Shown here piece after piece: positions 31,344 through 40,205 of a stretch of 64,000 nt of DNA. A model generated the notes under the pieces. It made no database searches and was not told where the DNA came from. It worked only from the letters and a program-made list of their open reading frames with translations. Each line of letters begins with the position of its first letter. The stretch's first letter is position 1. Both the position numbers and the translations under genes were made by a program. The DNA comes from Minisyncoccota bacterium (GTDB lineage: Bacteria; Patescibacteriota; Minisyncoccia; Phycocordibacterales; SBAW01): the NCBI GenBank assembly GCA_035546575.1, contig DASZWN010000002.1:187319-251318 (forward strand), given 5' to 3'.

Positions 31344-31377
31344 CAAAAACTCCCCGCTATTACGCGGGGAGTTTTTG
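31344..31377. terminator. bidirectional intrinsic terminator
   Basis: CAAAAACTCCCCGC-TATTAC-GCGGGGAGTTTTTG. Confidence 0.85.
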
Positions 31378-31384
31378 TTGCGGA

Positions 31385-31879
31385 CTATTCCTGTGCTGAA
31401 GGTGCAGTTGGCTCCTGCGGCATTGGTGTTGTCGGCGGTACTTCGACAGGCGGCGTCTGAGCCGGTGTACCTGTATCAGGTGTCTGTGGTGGCATGTCAA
31501 TGTCGTTAACGGGTAATGGCTGCTCAGGAAGTATATCTTGTATCGTATCAGTTCCACTAATCGTTACGATAGGGTCGGATATCTCAAGCGGTAGCGGAGG
31601 CTCGTCCGACGTTTCGTCCACGAACGATTCTCCGGAGAATGTAACTACCGCCGCGCTTATCTGAAGCGGCTGAGGCTCCCAGGTCCCCGCCTGGAACGTA
31701 TTGGCTGTCGCTTTTTCCTGGTTAAGGAAAGCGGAGAGGGTGTTGCCTATAGCTGCAATACTCCACAGCATAAGGCAGCATGCGCCGATTATAACCGCCA
31801 CCCGCGTGAGCGGGTCAGACAGTTTAGTCAACACGCGGCCGTGCAGATTGTTTTGAGTTGTAGATGGGTTGTGCTGCAT
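31385..31879 (-). CDS. SipW-cognate signal-peptide protein (TapA-like accessory) with an acidic Pro-rich tail
   Basis: TLSAFLNQEKATANTFQAGTW motif after a hydrophobic stretch; start uncertain (31879 or GTG 31834). Confidence 0.7.
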   Translation of the reverse strand: MQHNPSTTQNNLHGRVLTKLSDPLTRVAVIIGACCLMLWSIAAIGNTLSAFLNQEKATANTFQAGTWEPQPLQISAAVVTFSGESFVDETSDEPPLPLEISDPIVTISGTDTIQDILPEQPLPVNDIDMPPQTPDTGTPAQTPPVEVPPTTPMPQEPTAPSAQE

Positions 31880-32426
31880 GTGATGGTGAGGGTTTGCGTT
31901 CCGCTTCGGATCGCGTAAAGCGAGACGAGCGCATACGCATAAGTTCGCGCGCAATTTTGCCTAGCTCTTCGAGGATAATGAACGCTGCGGGTACTCCGAC
32001 CAAGAGCATAAAGCCCAGTGGCTTGCGCGCGAAGTCGAGCACATAGCCTACAAACGGAATCGTGAGTAGCACTTTGCCATGCACCTCTCCGATCGGCGTG
32101 GGCGTTGGATCCGGAGCATCGTTCGCATCGCCTTTGGTCGTAAAGACTCTGTCCGCTCCTGTGCCCTCAACCGCAACAATACGGTGAGTGGTCGGGATCT
32201 GCGTTTTTGTGTCTTGGCCAAAGGTAATGATGTCGCCAATCTCGTAACTGCTCGCGGGCATATCTATGACGATCCCGCCGGTCTTAATAGTCGGCTCCAT
32301 CGAGCCCGACTTGACTACCTTTACCTGGATGTGCGCCAAGGGCACGAGCGAGATCATGAGCAGACCGCCAAGCACGGCGACTGCCGCTACAAACATCCAA
32401 TAGATTCCTTTATAGAGCCATTGCAT
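31824..32426 (-). CDS. sipW: signal peptidase I, SipW/ER type
   Basis: VKSGSMEP, GDIITF, THRI, TKGDAN..PD. Confidence 0.92.
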   Translation of the reverse strand: MQWLYKGIYWMFVAAVAVLGGLLMISLVPLAHIQVKVVKSGSMEPTIKTGGIVIDMPASSYEIGDIITFGQDTKTQIPTTHRIVAVEGTGADRVFTTKGDANDAPDPTPTPIGEVHGKVLLTIPFVGYVLDFARKPLGFMLLVGVPAAFIILEELGKIARELMRMRSSRFTRSEAERKPSPSHAAQPIYNSKQSARPRVD

Positions 32427-32432
32427 ACGTTA

Positions 32433-33680
32433 TTACTGTTGATTCAGGCTTGAGCACGTGAAGTTGCTGTTATTGCGAGACTGCGTTGCATAGAACGTAA
32501 TATCCGCAAGCGTCGAGTCTGTTTGTGCTGCGTTGCTGACCGATGACCCATCGCACGAGATAGCTCCGCTGCCGTCTACCGAGAGTGTGCCTGCGCACCA
32601 TGCCGAGCCAATGTAGTCGGTAGTGTTGCCCAGGAGCGGCCCGCCAAGCGTTGTTGAGTCGTGGATAGCAAGCGTGGTCGTACCTGATGAATTGAAGATG
32701 TTCGTGTACGTTCCTGCGCCAACTGGTGTTTCTGTCGGCGGGTTATAGATGCCGTCTTGGTTGAGGTCGTGCCACAAGAAGAGCTGCAGATACTGCCCCA
32801 ACTCGCCGTTGAGTCCATTTGCAGGACCGGCATCGCCCGCATCGATTTCTGGATCGATGAGATCGTTCTCGTTGTTGCGGACATTGCCGACCTCCATACA
32901 TGCCCATGCATCGTTGGTAGCGACATGGAGCGAGAGCACGTCGCGGCCCTGGTCGGCCGGCTTTACGTCGTCGAAGTTCCAGATCGGCTGGCCCGTGAGA
33001 TCGATCGGGTCAGACCACGTGTTGCCCGCGCCATGCACCTCAAGGCGAAAGCGCACGCCTGCCGGATTCTGCACTTGGTCAGGCGGGCTCGACTGGGCAT
33101 CGTTTTGCCCAAGCACCACAAGCGTGTTAACGCCTTGGTTTATCCACGAAGGGTCAATGATATAGCTGTCGGCAGACACATGCTGGTCGTTGCTTGCAAA
33201 GCCTGCGCCCAGGTCGACATCGTGGCCGTTGAGCGTTGCTTTGTAGCGGTTATCTGCGGTGATAGCGAGCGATGCGCTCGTAACGGTGCCCGTCCAGTTG
33301 AAGGTGCGCGTGAATGTTTTTTGTACATTGCTGTTAATAGCGTCGTTTGCGGCAGGATTCTCAGACCAGATCCAGGTCGAGCTTGCAAGAAGCGGGCTCG
33401 AGGAGGCTGTCCAGTATTGCGTCGTGATCGGCGTGTCGGTAATCACTACCGCTGCATGGCTATCGACTTGCGTTTGCGGGTCCGACACTACCACGAGGTC
33501 GGTCGCCGCCGCATTGCCGTTGTAGGTCGAGAGGCTGTGATCGACCTTGAGATCGATCGACCCTGCGGTGAAGATGTTCCCTGCGGAGGTCTCTGTATCG
33601 GAGAAGAACGCTCCTGTTGAGGCGGTAGCGACCGCGCCGACAAAGATGATCGTTCCGAGGCTGAATAAGATTCGTTTCAT
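32433..33680 (-). CDS. TasA/camelysin-like protein with SipW-type signal peptide and an inserted lectin-like domain
   Basis: TGAFFSDTETSAGNIFTAGSIDL, DVKPADQG, NDAWAC, AWCAG. Confidence 0.85.
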   Translation of the reverse strand: MKRILFSLGTIIFVGAVATASTGAFFSDTETSAGNIFTAGSIDLKVDHSLSTYNGNAAATDLVVVSDPQTQVDSHAAVVITDTPITTQYWTASSSPLLASSTWIWSENPAANDAINSNVQKTFTRTFNWTGTVTSASLAITADNRYKATLNGHDVDLGAGFASNDQHVSADSYIIDPSWINQGVNTLVVLGQNDAQSSPPDQVQNPAGVRFRLEVHGAGNTWSDPIDLTGQPIWNFDDVKPADQGRDVLSLHVATNDAWACMEVGNVRNNENDLIDPEIDAGDAGPANGLNGELGQYLQLFLWHDLNQDGIYNPPTETPVGAGTYTNIFNSSGTTTLAIHDSTTLGGPLLGNTTDYIGSAWCAGTLSVDGSGAISCDGSSVSNAAQTDSTLADITFYATQSRNNSNFTCSSLNQQ

Positions 33681-33700
33681 ATGCGTGTGCTGATAATTGA

Positions 33701-35026
33701 TTACGGAGTAACGCCCGTTACCGAGACGTTGTCGATATAGACATGGTCACTCGAGTTCGTCGCCGTGACGCTGAAGCGGACTTTGACTGCCGCTTTGTTG
33801 TCGGCCGACGGCGAAAGCGAGAATGTTTTAGTAGTAGTGTCAGAATCGACACCGGTTGTTTCAAGCGTCGTCCACGTCGCTCCGTTGTCTGAGGAGTACG
33901 CGACGGTAAGCGTGAGCGGTGCGCCCGGAGGAGCGTCGATGTTGCGGTCGTACTTGAGGGTTATGTTGTGATACCCGGTTGTCGAGAAGGCCACAGTGGT
34001 AAGCGTCGAGGTCTTGCCCGATGCCTTGCCGGCGTCGAGGAACGCGACTTTGCCATACGGCGATCCCCAATCATCGCCCACTACTTTGCCCGTGGTGTCC
34101 CACTTGGTGTTGTCGACTTTGTTGAAGTCCTTACCCTTGCTGCAGGAGTTGAAGTCGTCCGCAAAGAGAGTCGAGGTGGTCGGAGGCGTTGTCGAGTCGC
34201 CGGCAACCTGCCCGCTGCAGAGATATGAGCCGTTGTTGCGCGCTTGCGCGACCGAAAAGCTCACGTCTGCCTTGATGCCGTCGCTCTGGACGATATTGCC
34301 GACATCAGTGCCGCTGCATGAGAAGCCGGTTCCGCGTACAAGCGGTCCGTTGGTAGCACCCGCAAGCTTGCCTTTGCCGTCTTGGGGTTTAGGCGCCACG
34401 GTCATAGTGCCAAAGCACCATGCCTTGCCGATGTAGCGCACCGTGTCGCCAGGAATGTATTTGCCCGAGTCATTCCAGATGCTCTTGCTCGCGTCTGCGA
34501 GCGTCCATTGCTGGCCGTTGAAGAGGTCTTTCGCAAGACCTTGCTTGAAGATCTGCTCGCCAGCCTCGTACACGTTGTCGCCATCGTCTGCCCAGAAGTC
34601 GAAGTAGAGGTTGTTCTGCAGCTCGCCGTCGTTCGTGCCAGTCGTTGGATCGACAGCCGCTTCAGGCTCGTTCTGCCCGTTCTCTGGCGTTGCAGTTGTT
34701 TTGATGTTCATGCACGCCCACGCGTTGTTATTGTTTACGTGGAGCGAGATCGTATCTTCGCCAATGTCACCCGGCTTGAGGTCGAGGAAGTTGAAGAAGA
34801 GCTTCCCCGCCAGATTCGATAGCTGCCACGAAGTCGCAAGGCTCAGGGCGAGCACACCGAGATTGTTGGTGACATAACTTTCGTTATCGACTTGGAGGTC
34901 AACCACGCCGGAGGCGAAGGTGTTCCCCGTCGACGAGTTCTGGTCGGCGAAGAATGCTCCCGTGCCGCCGGCGAGCAAAGCGCCGGCAAACACGATAGAG
35001 CCCAAACTGAGTAATATTTTTTTCAT
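33701..35026 (-). CDS. TasA/camelysin-like protein with SipW-type signal peptide and a C-terminal beta-sandwich
   Basis: TGAFFADQNSSTGNTFASGVVDL, DLKPGDIGE, AWCFG, QARNN. Confidence 0.85.
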   Translation of the reverse strand: MKKILLSLGSIVFAGALLAGGTGAFFADQNSSTGNTFASGVVDLQVDNESYVTNNLGVLALSLATSWQLSNLAGKLFFNFLDLKPGDIGEDTISLHVNNNNAWACMNIKTTATPENGQNEPEAAVDPTTGTNDGELQNNLYFDFWADDGDNVYEAGEQIFKQGLAKDLFNGQQWTLADASKSIWNDSGKYIPGDTVRYIGKAWCFGTMTVAPKPQDGKGKLAGATNGPLVRGTGFSCSGTDVGNIVQSDGIKADVSFSVAQARNNGSYLCSGQVAGDSTTPPTTSTLFADDFNSCSKGKDFNKVDNTKWDTTGKVVGDDWGSPYGKVAFLDAGKASGKTSTLTTVAFSTTGYHNITLKYDRNIDAPPGAPLTLTVAYSSDNGATWTTLETTGVDSDTTTKTFSLSPSADNKAAVKVRFSVTATNSSDHVYIDNVSVTGVTP

Positions 35027-35066
35027 GTCAGATGTTCAGTGAATGCTGGTTTCCCGTTAAGAGAAA

Positions 35067-36611
35067 CTAGTTTCCGAAGTCGAAGGTCTTAGTTGTTGCC
35101 CCAATGGTGATTGAGAACTTATCTACATTGCCAGTGAAGCCGTTTGCGTATGGCTCACCCACTCGCATACCGAGCCATGAGTCGGTCGTGCGGGTCTTAA
35201 TTCCTGGATAGTCAGCAAGAATATCAGCCCAGGTCTTAAGCGTTGTGCCTGGAGTTCCAACTTGGCCTATATGAGGTCCTGCTGTGGGAGTAGGCCATAC
35301 AGACCCAGAGAAACTCCACTTAGCTGCACCACCCTGTATTGCATCCCAATTCTGCCATGTATCCGCAACTACTGAGCCGTTTTGCTTCGGTACGAATACG
35401 AGACGATTCTGGAAGGTGTCAGAGCCGTTGAAGTCTACGTTAAAGTTAAGGTATGCATCGCGTCCCGTACCAGGTGAGCCATCTCCTGCAGATTGCGCAA
35501 GAGTACTAAAGCTCATTGCACTAATTGTAGAGAGTGGAACGTTGCTGAACTGATAGGTTGCGAGATTGCGACGCTGAGAGCCAGTTACGGTCATTTGTGC
35601 GCTATTTGACCCAAGCGGAGGAGTGCCTGGACCTGAAACAAACGATCCAAGCGAGTTATCAATGACATCACTTTCATCGTTATAGAAGAACCACTTATCT
35701 GACCCGAATGCCGTTGCAAGATCTGCATGCGCAGTATTTGGCTGAAGATCATTTGTGGTTACATCAATTTCTGTAGAAGCCGGCGCCGTACAAGTGAAGT
35801 TTCCGTTATTGCGAGCCTGCTCTACACGCAATGATATATCTGCCGTGTATGAGTCAGTCTGAACATTATTGCCCATAGATGTACCGTTACATACTGGTGT
35901 TATGCCAGGACCACCCGCGGTAAATGTACCTGCGCACCATGCAAAGCCCAAATAACGGGTCTGTGTGCCAGGAATAGCACCTGTTCCCGAATCTGCAAGC
36001 GTAAATGATTGAGGGGTTACAGGTGCCCCAGCTGAGTGTGTACCAACTTCATCTGCGTCCCAGATGTTATTACCTGCATTTGCACCTGCGCCATTGTCAG
36101 ACCAGATCAAGAAATCCAGATTTGATGCAAGCTCGCCCGTTGCAAGTCCATTTGCATCAACAGCAGCCTCAGGCTCTGTTTGCGTATTGTCGTTGTTGTG
36201 GATATTAGATATATCTGCGCAAGCATACGCATCATTGTTGTCGATATGGAGCGAGATTGTATTTTCGCCCTCGTCTCCTGGCTTTATATCGTTAAAGTTA
36301 AAGAATTGATTGGTCGGACCAAGGTTGGTTGCCAGCCAGGTGCCACTGCATGCACTACCTTGAGCCGGATATGGAGCATTCCCTACCCAGTAATATCCTG
36401 GAGTTTCCAGAGTAGTGCTAGAAGTAGGAGTCAAGAGAGTGCAAATATTACCGTTATAATGCTGCGTTGAATCAACGGTAAGGTCGATAGCACCTGCGCT
36501 GAAGGTGTTGCCTGTTGAGGTTTCTGTATCGCTAAAGAACGCGCCCGTTGCGCCCCAGGCCACTGCGCCCACAAATACGATCGCGCCCAAACTCATTAAT
36601 ATTCGTTTCAT
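35067..36611 (-). CDS. TasA/camelysin-like protein with SipW-type signal peptide and a C-terminal extension domain
   Basis: TGAFFSDTETSTGNTFSAGAIDL, DIKPGDEGE, AWCAG, QARNN. Confidence 0.85.
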   Translation of the reverse strand: MKRILMSLGAIVFVGAVAWGATGAFFSDTETSTGNTFSAGAIDLTVDSTQHYNGNICTLLTPTSSTTLETPGYYWVGNAPYPAQGSACSGTWLATNLGPTNQFFNFNDIKPGDEGENTISLHIDNNDAYACADISNIHNNDNTQTEPEAAVDANGLATGELASNLDFLIWSDNGAGANAGNNIWDADEVGTHSAGAPVTPQSFTLADSGTGAIPGTQTRYLGFAWCAGTFTAGGPGITPVCNGTSMGNNVQTDSYTADISLRVEQARNNGNFTCTAPASTEIDVTTNDLQPNTAHADLATAFGSDKWFFYNDESDVIDNSLGSFVSGPGTPPLGSNSAQMTVTGSQRRNLATYQFSNVPLSTISAMSFSTLAQSAGDGSPGTGRDAYLNFNVDFNGSDTFQNRLVFVPKQNGSVVADTWQNWDAIQGGAAKWSFSGSVWPTPTAGPHIGQVGTPGTTLKTWADILADYPGIKTRTTDSWLGMRVGEPYANGFTGNVDKFSITIGATTKTFDFGN

Positions 36612-36681
36612 TAGTAAGATTGATTATTTCTAATTTTCTAATTCTTTCGCTGCGGCTATGAGACGACCGACCTCGTTACTC

Positions 36682-36855
36682 AAATAAAAAGGCCGCCTCC
36701 TGGTGCGTGAGTACGCAACAAAAAGCGGCCCATCTATGGGTGCCTGCCTTGCGATTCGCCGGAAACACAATCCCCATGTGTGTATTCCAAAACTGCTATG
36801 GATAATGTTGACGGAACAGAACTCTAAACAGAAACCCTGTCGCTTTTGTTGCGAC
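36682..36855 (-). promoter_or_regulatory. structured 5' leader with intrinsic terminator and candidate antiterminator
   Basis: 17-bp stem at 36691-36730 plus U tract ~70 nt before the start codon; 36841-36853 is complementary to the terminator 5' arm. Confidence 0.65.
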
Positions 36856-37094
36856 GTAAACGAAATGTAGCATCACAAAAATGAAGCTAGAGTAAAGTCG
36901 AATATATTTTTGTTGAAAACTCTGTGGGCAACACGTTGGCAATCATGTATAACCTGTTGATAGAAAATTCGAGAGTATTTTTTAGTTACACGCAACGGAT
37001 TGACAGATTCTTTTGAGAGCGCATAGTGAGAGTATTGGGAACCAGCCCGGCCATGCGCCGACGGTTCTTTACACTCAAATAAGAGAGGCCTACT

Positions 37095-37457
37095 ATGCGG
37101 CTCATTCGCAGGCTTTTACTAGGGTTGTGCCTCCTTCCAGGAGTTGCGCAGGCGGGACCCGCCTTCGAGGAAGATCGCGACTTTCTGAACAAGAGTCACC
37201 TGTATTGCGAGGGGGAAACGGCGGAGAATCTTCCCTTCTTTGCTATTGTCGACATGGAAAACGAAAAAGACGTTGCCTCTATGGAGGAGATGGGAATATC
37301 CTGCAGGATATTCAAGGGCAGTAACCTTACGTTCTTGGGCTCTCTCGCCATAGACGTCAAAGGCAATACGCCAACCTACAAGGTGACCATCTACGAATTT
37401 TGCGACGACAACCATGTCAGTTGGTATCACTGGGAGTACGAGAATATTCGCTACTAG
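37095..37457 (+). CDS. secreted hypothetical protein
   Basis: GAGG SD; signal peptide ending AQA. Confidence 0.7.
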   Translation: MRLIRRLLLGLCLLPGVAQAGPAFEEDRDFLNKSHLYCEGETAENLPFFAIVDMENEKDVASMEEMGISCRIFKGSNLTFLGSLAIDVKGNTPTYKVTIYEFCDDNHVSWYHWEYENIRY

Positions 37458-37575
37458 TGCACGGCTTTCCACAACTCTGTATCTGAATTGTCTTGTATCT
37501 CATACACAAACGATACATAGTGCAATAAGGAAACGCCGGGCATGACTTCAACCCGTTCTTTGAAAGGAACACGTC

Positions 37576-37983
37576 ATGCGGTTACTGAAATATGCGCTTC
37601 TTGCGCTTTCCCTATCGGTTACGGCTCCTGTGCAAGCACAGGAAATCGAGCCGATCGTTATCGGCGCCAACGAACACATAGACGCGTTCGGCGCCTGCTT
37701 GAACGAAGAATCTACTCAGTCTCTGGTCAACACCGCCAAGACCATCGGCACAAGCGCTCTGCAGTTTAAGTACCTGGCAGAGCTTCAGGTATGTCAGGTG
37801 GTGCAGAATGCAAATGTGGTGGTAGACCGGCTTATCGAAATGTATATCGATGACCTGGGTATCGACGAACCCCACATAATGTGGGAAGTCGAACTTCGGA
37901 TTCTCAACTGGAACGGCACCTCTGTACGGGTATGGGCACTCATGAACCGTCCCGTAATCAAATCTGCAAAGGGTTCAATCTGA
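37576..37983 (+). CDS. secreted hypothetical protein
   Basis: AAGGA SD; signal peptide ending VQA; terminator at ~37995-38027. Confidence 0.7.
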   Translation: MRLLKYALLALSLSVTAPVQAQEIEPIVIGANEHIDAFGACLNEESTQSLVNTAKTIGTSALQFKYLAELQVCQVVQNANVVVDRLIEMYIDDLGIDEPHIMWEVELRILNWNGTSVRVWALMNRPVIKSAKGSI

Positions 37984-38050
37984 ACCTTTTTACTCGCCGC
38001 GGCCAAAAGCTGCGGCGGTTTCTTTTTGCATGATAAAATCACGTTATCCT

Positions 38051-38593
38051 ATGGACATGCTCCCCAACTCGATAACGATCACTATCGTATTGCTGACCGC
38101 ATTTCTTTCTTTTATCACGGCTATTAAATACGGGGTCGAGGACGACTTTGTACGTACACGGTTCATCATGACCGCGTTCTTTTTCTTTATAGTAGCAACG
38201 CTCACCGTATCGTTTTGGCACTATACCTTCGACACGCTCCCCTACACGGTGCCTGCATGGGGTTTAGGCGCCTTGATCGGCTATATATTGGGCGTACGCA
38301 CCGAGCAGCAGAAGTTGCGTGACCAAGGTTTGGCTTACTACACCGAGCACTTTGCGCATATCCATATGCAAGACATCGAAAAGCTCAACTGGTGGGCTGT
38401 GATCAACTTCTACTCCGTCATAAGTGCGCTTATTATGATCAATTTGGTGGGCCTAAGCACCGTGATCTTTAAACAAGCCGAGAGTTGGGCGATCATCACG
38501 AGCGTCGTGGGAGCGTTTCTGCTCGGCACCATCGCTCCGTACCTAGTTCATCTTTGGAGCCTGCCTGCCGGCAGGCAGGTATCAAATAAATAG
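38051..38593 (+). CDS. multi-pass membrane protein
   Basis: Five TMs; C-terminus LPAGRQV is encoded by a palindrome. Confidence 0.75.
   Translation: MDMLPNSITITIVLLTAFLSFITAIKYGVEDDFVRTRFIMTAFFFFIVATLTVSFWHYTFDTLPYTVPAWGLGALIGYILGVRTEQQKLRDQGLAYYTEHFAHIHMQDIEKLNWWAVINFYSVISALIMINLVGLSTVIFKQAESWAIITSVVGAFLLGTIAPYLVHLWSLPAGRQVSNK
38560..38579. repeat. perfect 20-bp palindrome (REP-like)
   Basis: CCTGCCTGCCGGCAGGCAGG. Confidence 0.8.
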
Positions 38594-39286
38594 ACCTGCT
38601 GATATCAAAGCACCGCATACTATCAAAAGCACAACGAGCGAAATATAAAATACGATCCTTGCGCGGCGGCGCTGCTTATCATTCTGCGGGCGTCTAACCA
38701 AGAGCGGCACGCCCGCATTGGCGTACTCGTCGTAGCGGTAGCGCGCAATCGCCAAAAAGTGCGGTAGCTGCCATACAAACAGTATTGCAAAGAGCCACAA
38801 GGCGGTCATATCTAGCGCATGGGCAGCAGCAACGTAACCCACGACCGGCGGCATAGCGCCCGCAACAGCACCCGGAAAAAGGGCGAGGCCCGTACGCGGC
38901 TTGAGCGGCGTATAGATAAGCACGTAGACAACAAATCCGATAAGCGCCATATCGAGCGAGCGCATGTCGAGCGGGAGCATAAGCAGTATCCCGACCGCAA
39001 GCAGTGCAAACCCGAACACGAGCGCATGTGCCGAGACAATACTGCCCGATGGGAGCGCGCGCTTTTGAGTGCGCTCCATTTTGGCGTCGATAAACCGGTC
39101 TGAGTAGTTATTAAAGACGCATGCGCTTGCAACAATGCACGCAAGACCTAGCACCATGGCAGCAAACGCTTTCCAGTCGACTACACCATGCGAGCCAAAT
39201 ATAAATGCAGCAGCCGCAACCGCCACATTCATGTAGACCATGCGCGGCTTGGCGAGGCGATAATACGAGCTAATCAGTGTCGGCAT
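38582..39286 (-). CDS. cyoE: protoheme IX farnesyltransferase (heme O synthase)
   Basis: LAKPR, DRFIDAKMERTQKR, YTPLK, GAMPP, WQLPHF. Confidence 0.94.
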   Translation of the reverse strand: MPTLISSYYRLAKPRMVYMNVAVAAAAFIFGSHGVVDWKAFAAMVLGLACIVASACVFNNYSDRFIDAKMERTQKRALPSGSIVSAHALVFGFALLAVGILLMLPLDMRSLDMALIGFVVYVLIYTPLKPRTGLALFPGAVAGAMPPVVGYVAAAHALDMTALWLFAILFVWQLPHFLAIARYRYDEYANAGVPLLVRRPQNDKQRRRARIVFYISLVVLLIVCGALISAGLFI

Positions 39287-39632
39287 GAGGGAATATATTT
39301 TCTCCTTTAAATATATCGATGTCGGACATCTGCATATGCTCCAGGTTGGTCATTATCCAAAGCGTACCAACAACAAGAATTAAAACGACAACAACCGCAA
39401 ACACGAGCGCGGTTAAGTTCCACCGCGGCTTGCGCTCCTGCCCTATATGCAAAAAGAAGATCAGCTGCACACATAGCTGTGCGAGGGCCAGGATAACAAA
39501 CCCGAATCTAAGCTCCTGGTGCGTCGGGAATGAGTGCGAGGTAGCTCCGTGCAACCATAAGAGCCCGAGCGGCACGAATGTGAGGAGTATTGAGAGTATA
39601 AAACCGGTTATGTAGGCGTGTTGCGGTTTCAT
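39270..39632 (-). CDS. cyoD: cytochrome bo3 oxidase subunit IV
   Basis: YITGFILSILLT, QL.FFLH, GTLWIM. Confidence 0.92.
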   Translation of the reverse strand: MKPQHAYITGFILSILLTFVPLGLLWLHGATSHSFPTHQELRFGFVILALAQLCVQLIFFLHIGQERKPRWNLTALVFAVVVVLILVVGTLWIMTNLEHMQMSDIDIFKGENIFPHADTD

Positions 39633-39635
39633 AGT

Positions 39636-40205
39636 TTAGAGCGAGCCAAACAGATACACAAACGTAAAGATAAAGATCCAGATAATATCGAGGAAGTGCC
39701 AGAACAAGCTTAGTATGGTAAGCCGGCGCACCGCAGTATCGGTAAATCCCCGCCTCCATATATAGGCTGCGAGTATCAGCATCCAGAGCAGGCCGATCGA
39801 TACATGGAGCCCATGCGTGCCAAGGAGCACGAAGAACGAGGAGAGGAACGCGCTCACCCCAGGCCCGCTCCCCTCCCCAACTAGATGCACAAATTCGCTA
39901 CCTTCAAGCAATATGAAGAAGAATCCCAGTATCCACGTTGCCGCAAGCGCAAAAAGGGACTGCGCTTTTTTACCCTCGCGTGCCCGCAAGACTGCGATCC
40001 CTGCGGTAAAGCTGGAGCTGAGCAGTACTACTGTTTCCAAAAGCACAAACGGCAGGTCAACAATCGTTTCTATAGATACTCTGCCAAAGGTTGCATCTTG
40101 GAGCACTGCATAGGTGGCAAAAAGGCCGGCAAACAAAACGCAGTCGCTCATGAGATATACCCAGAAGCCGAAGGTTACTTTGTCGAGTAGAGATTCTTCT
40201 TTCAT
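39636..40205 (-). CDS. cyoC: cytochrome bo3 oxidase subunit III
   Basis: [26 protein letters not shown]. Confidence 0.95.
   Translation of the reverse strand: MKEESLLDKVTFGFWVYLMSDCVLFAGLFATYAVLQDATFGRVSIETIVDLPFVLLETVVLLSSSFTAGIAVLRAREGKKAQSLFALAATWILGFFFILLEGSEFVHLVGEGSGPGVSAFLSSFFVLLGTHGLHVSIGLLWMLILAAYIWRRGFTDTAVRRLTILSLFWHFLDIIWIFIFTFVYLFGSL

Noticed and set aside
36682-36855. c-di-GMP-I riboswitch or T-box
   Set aside because: Consensus elements of these families were not recognisable; kept only as an unassigned attenuator
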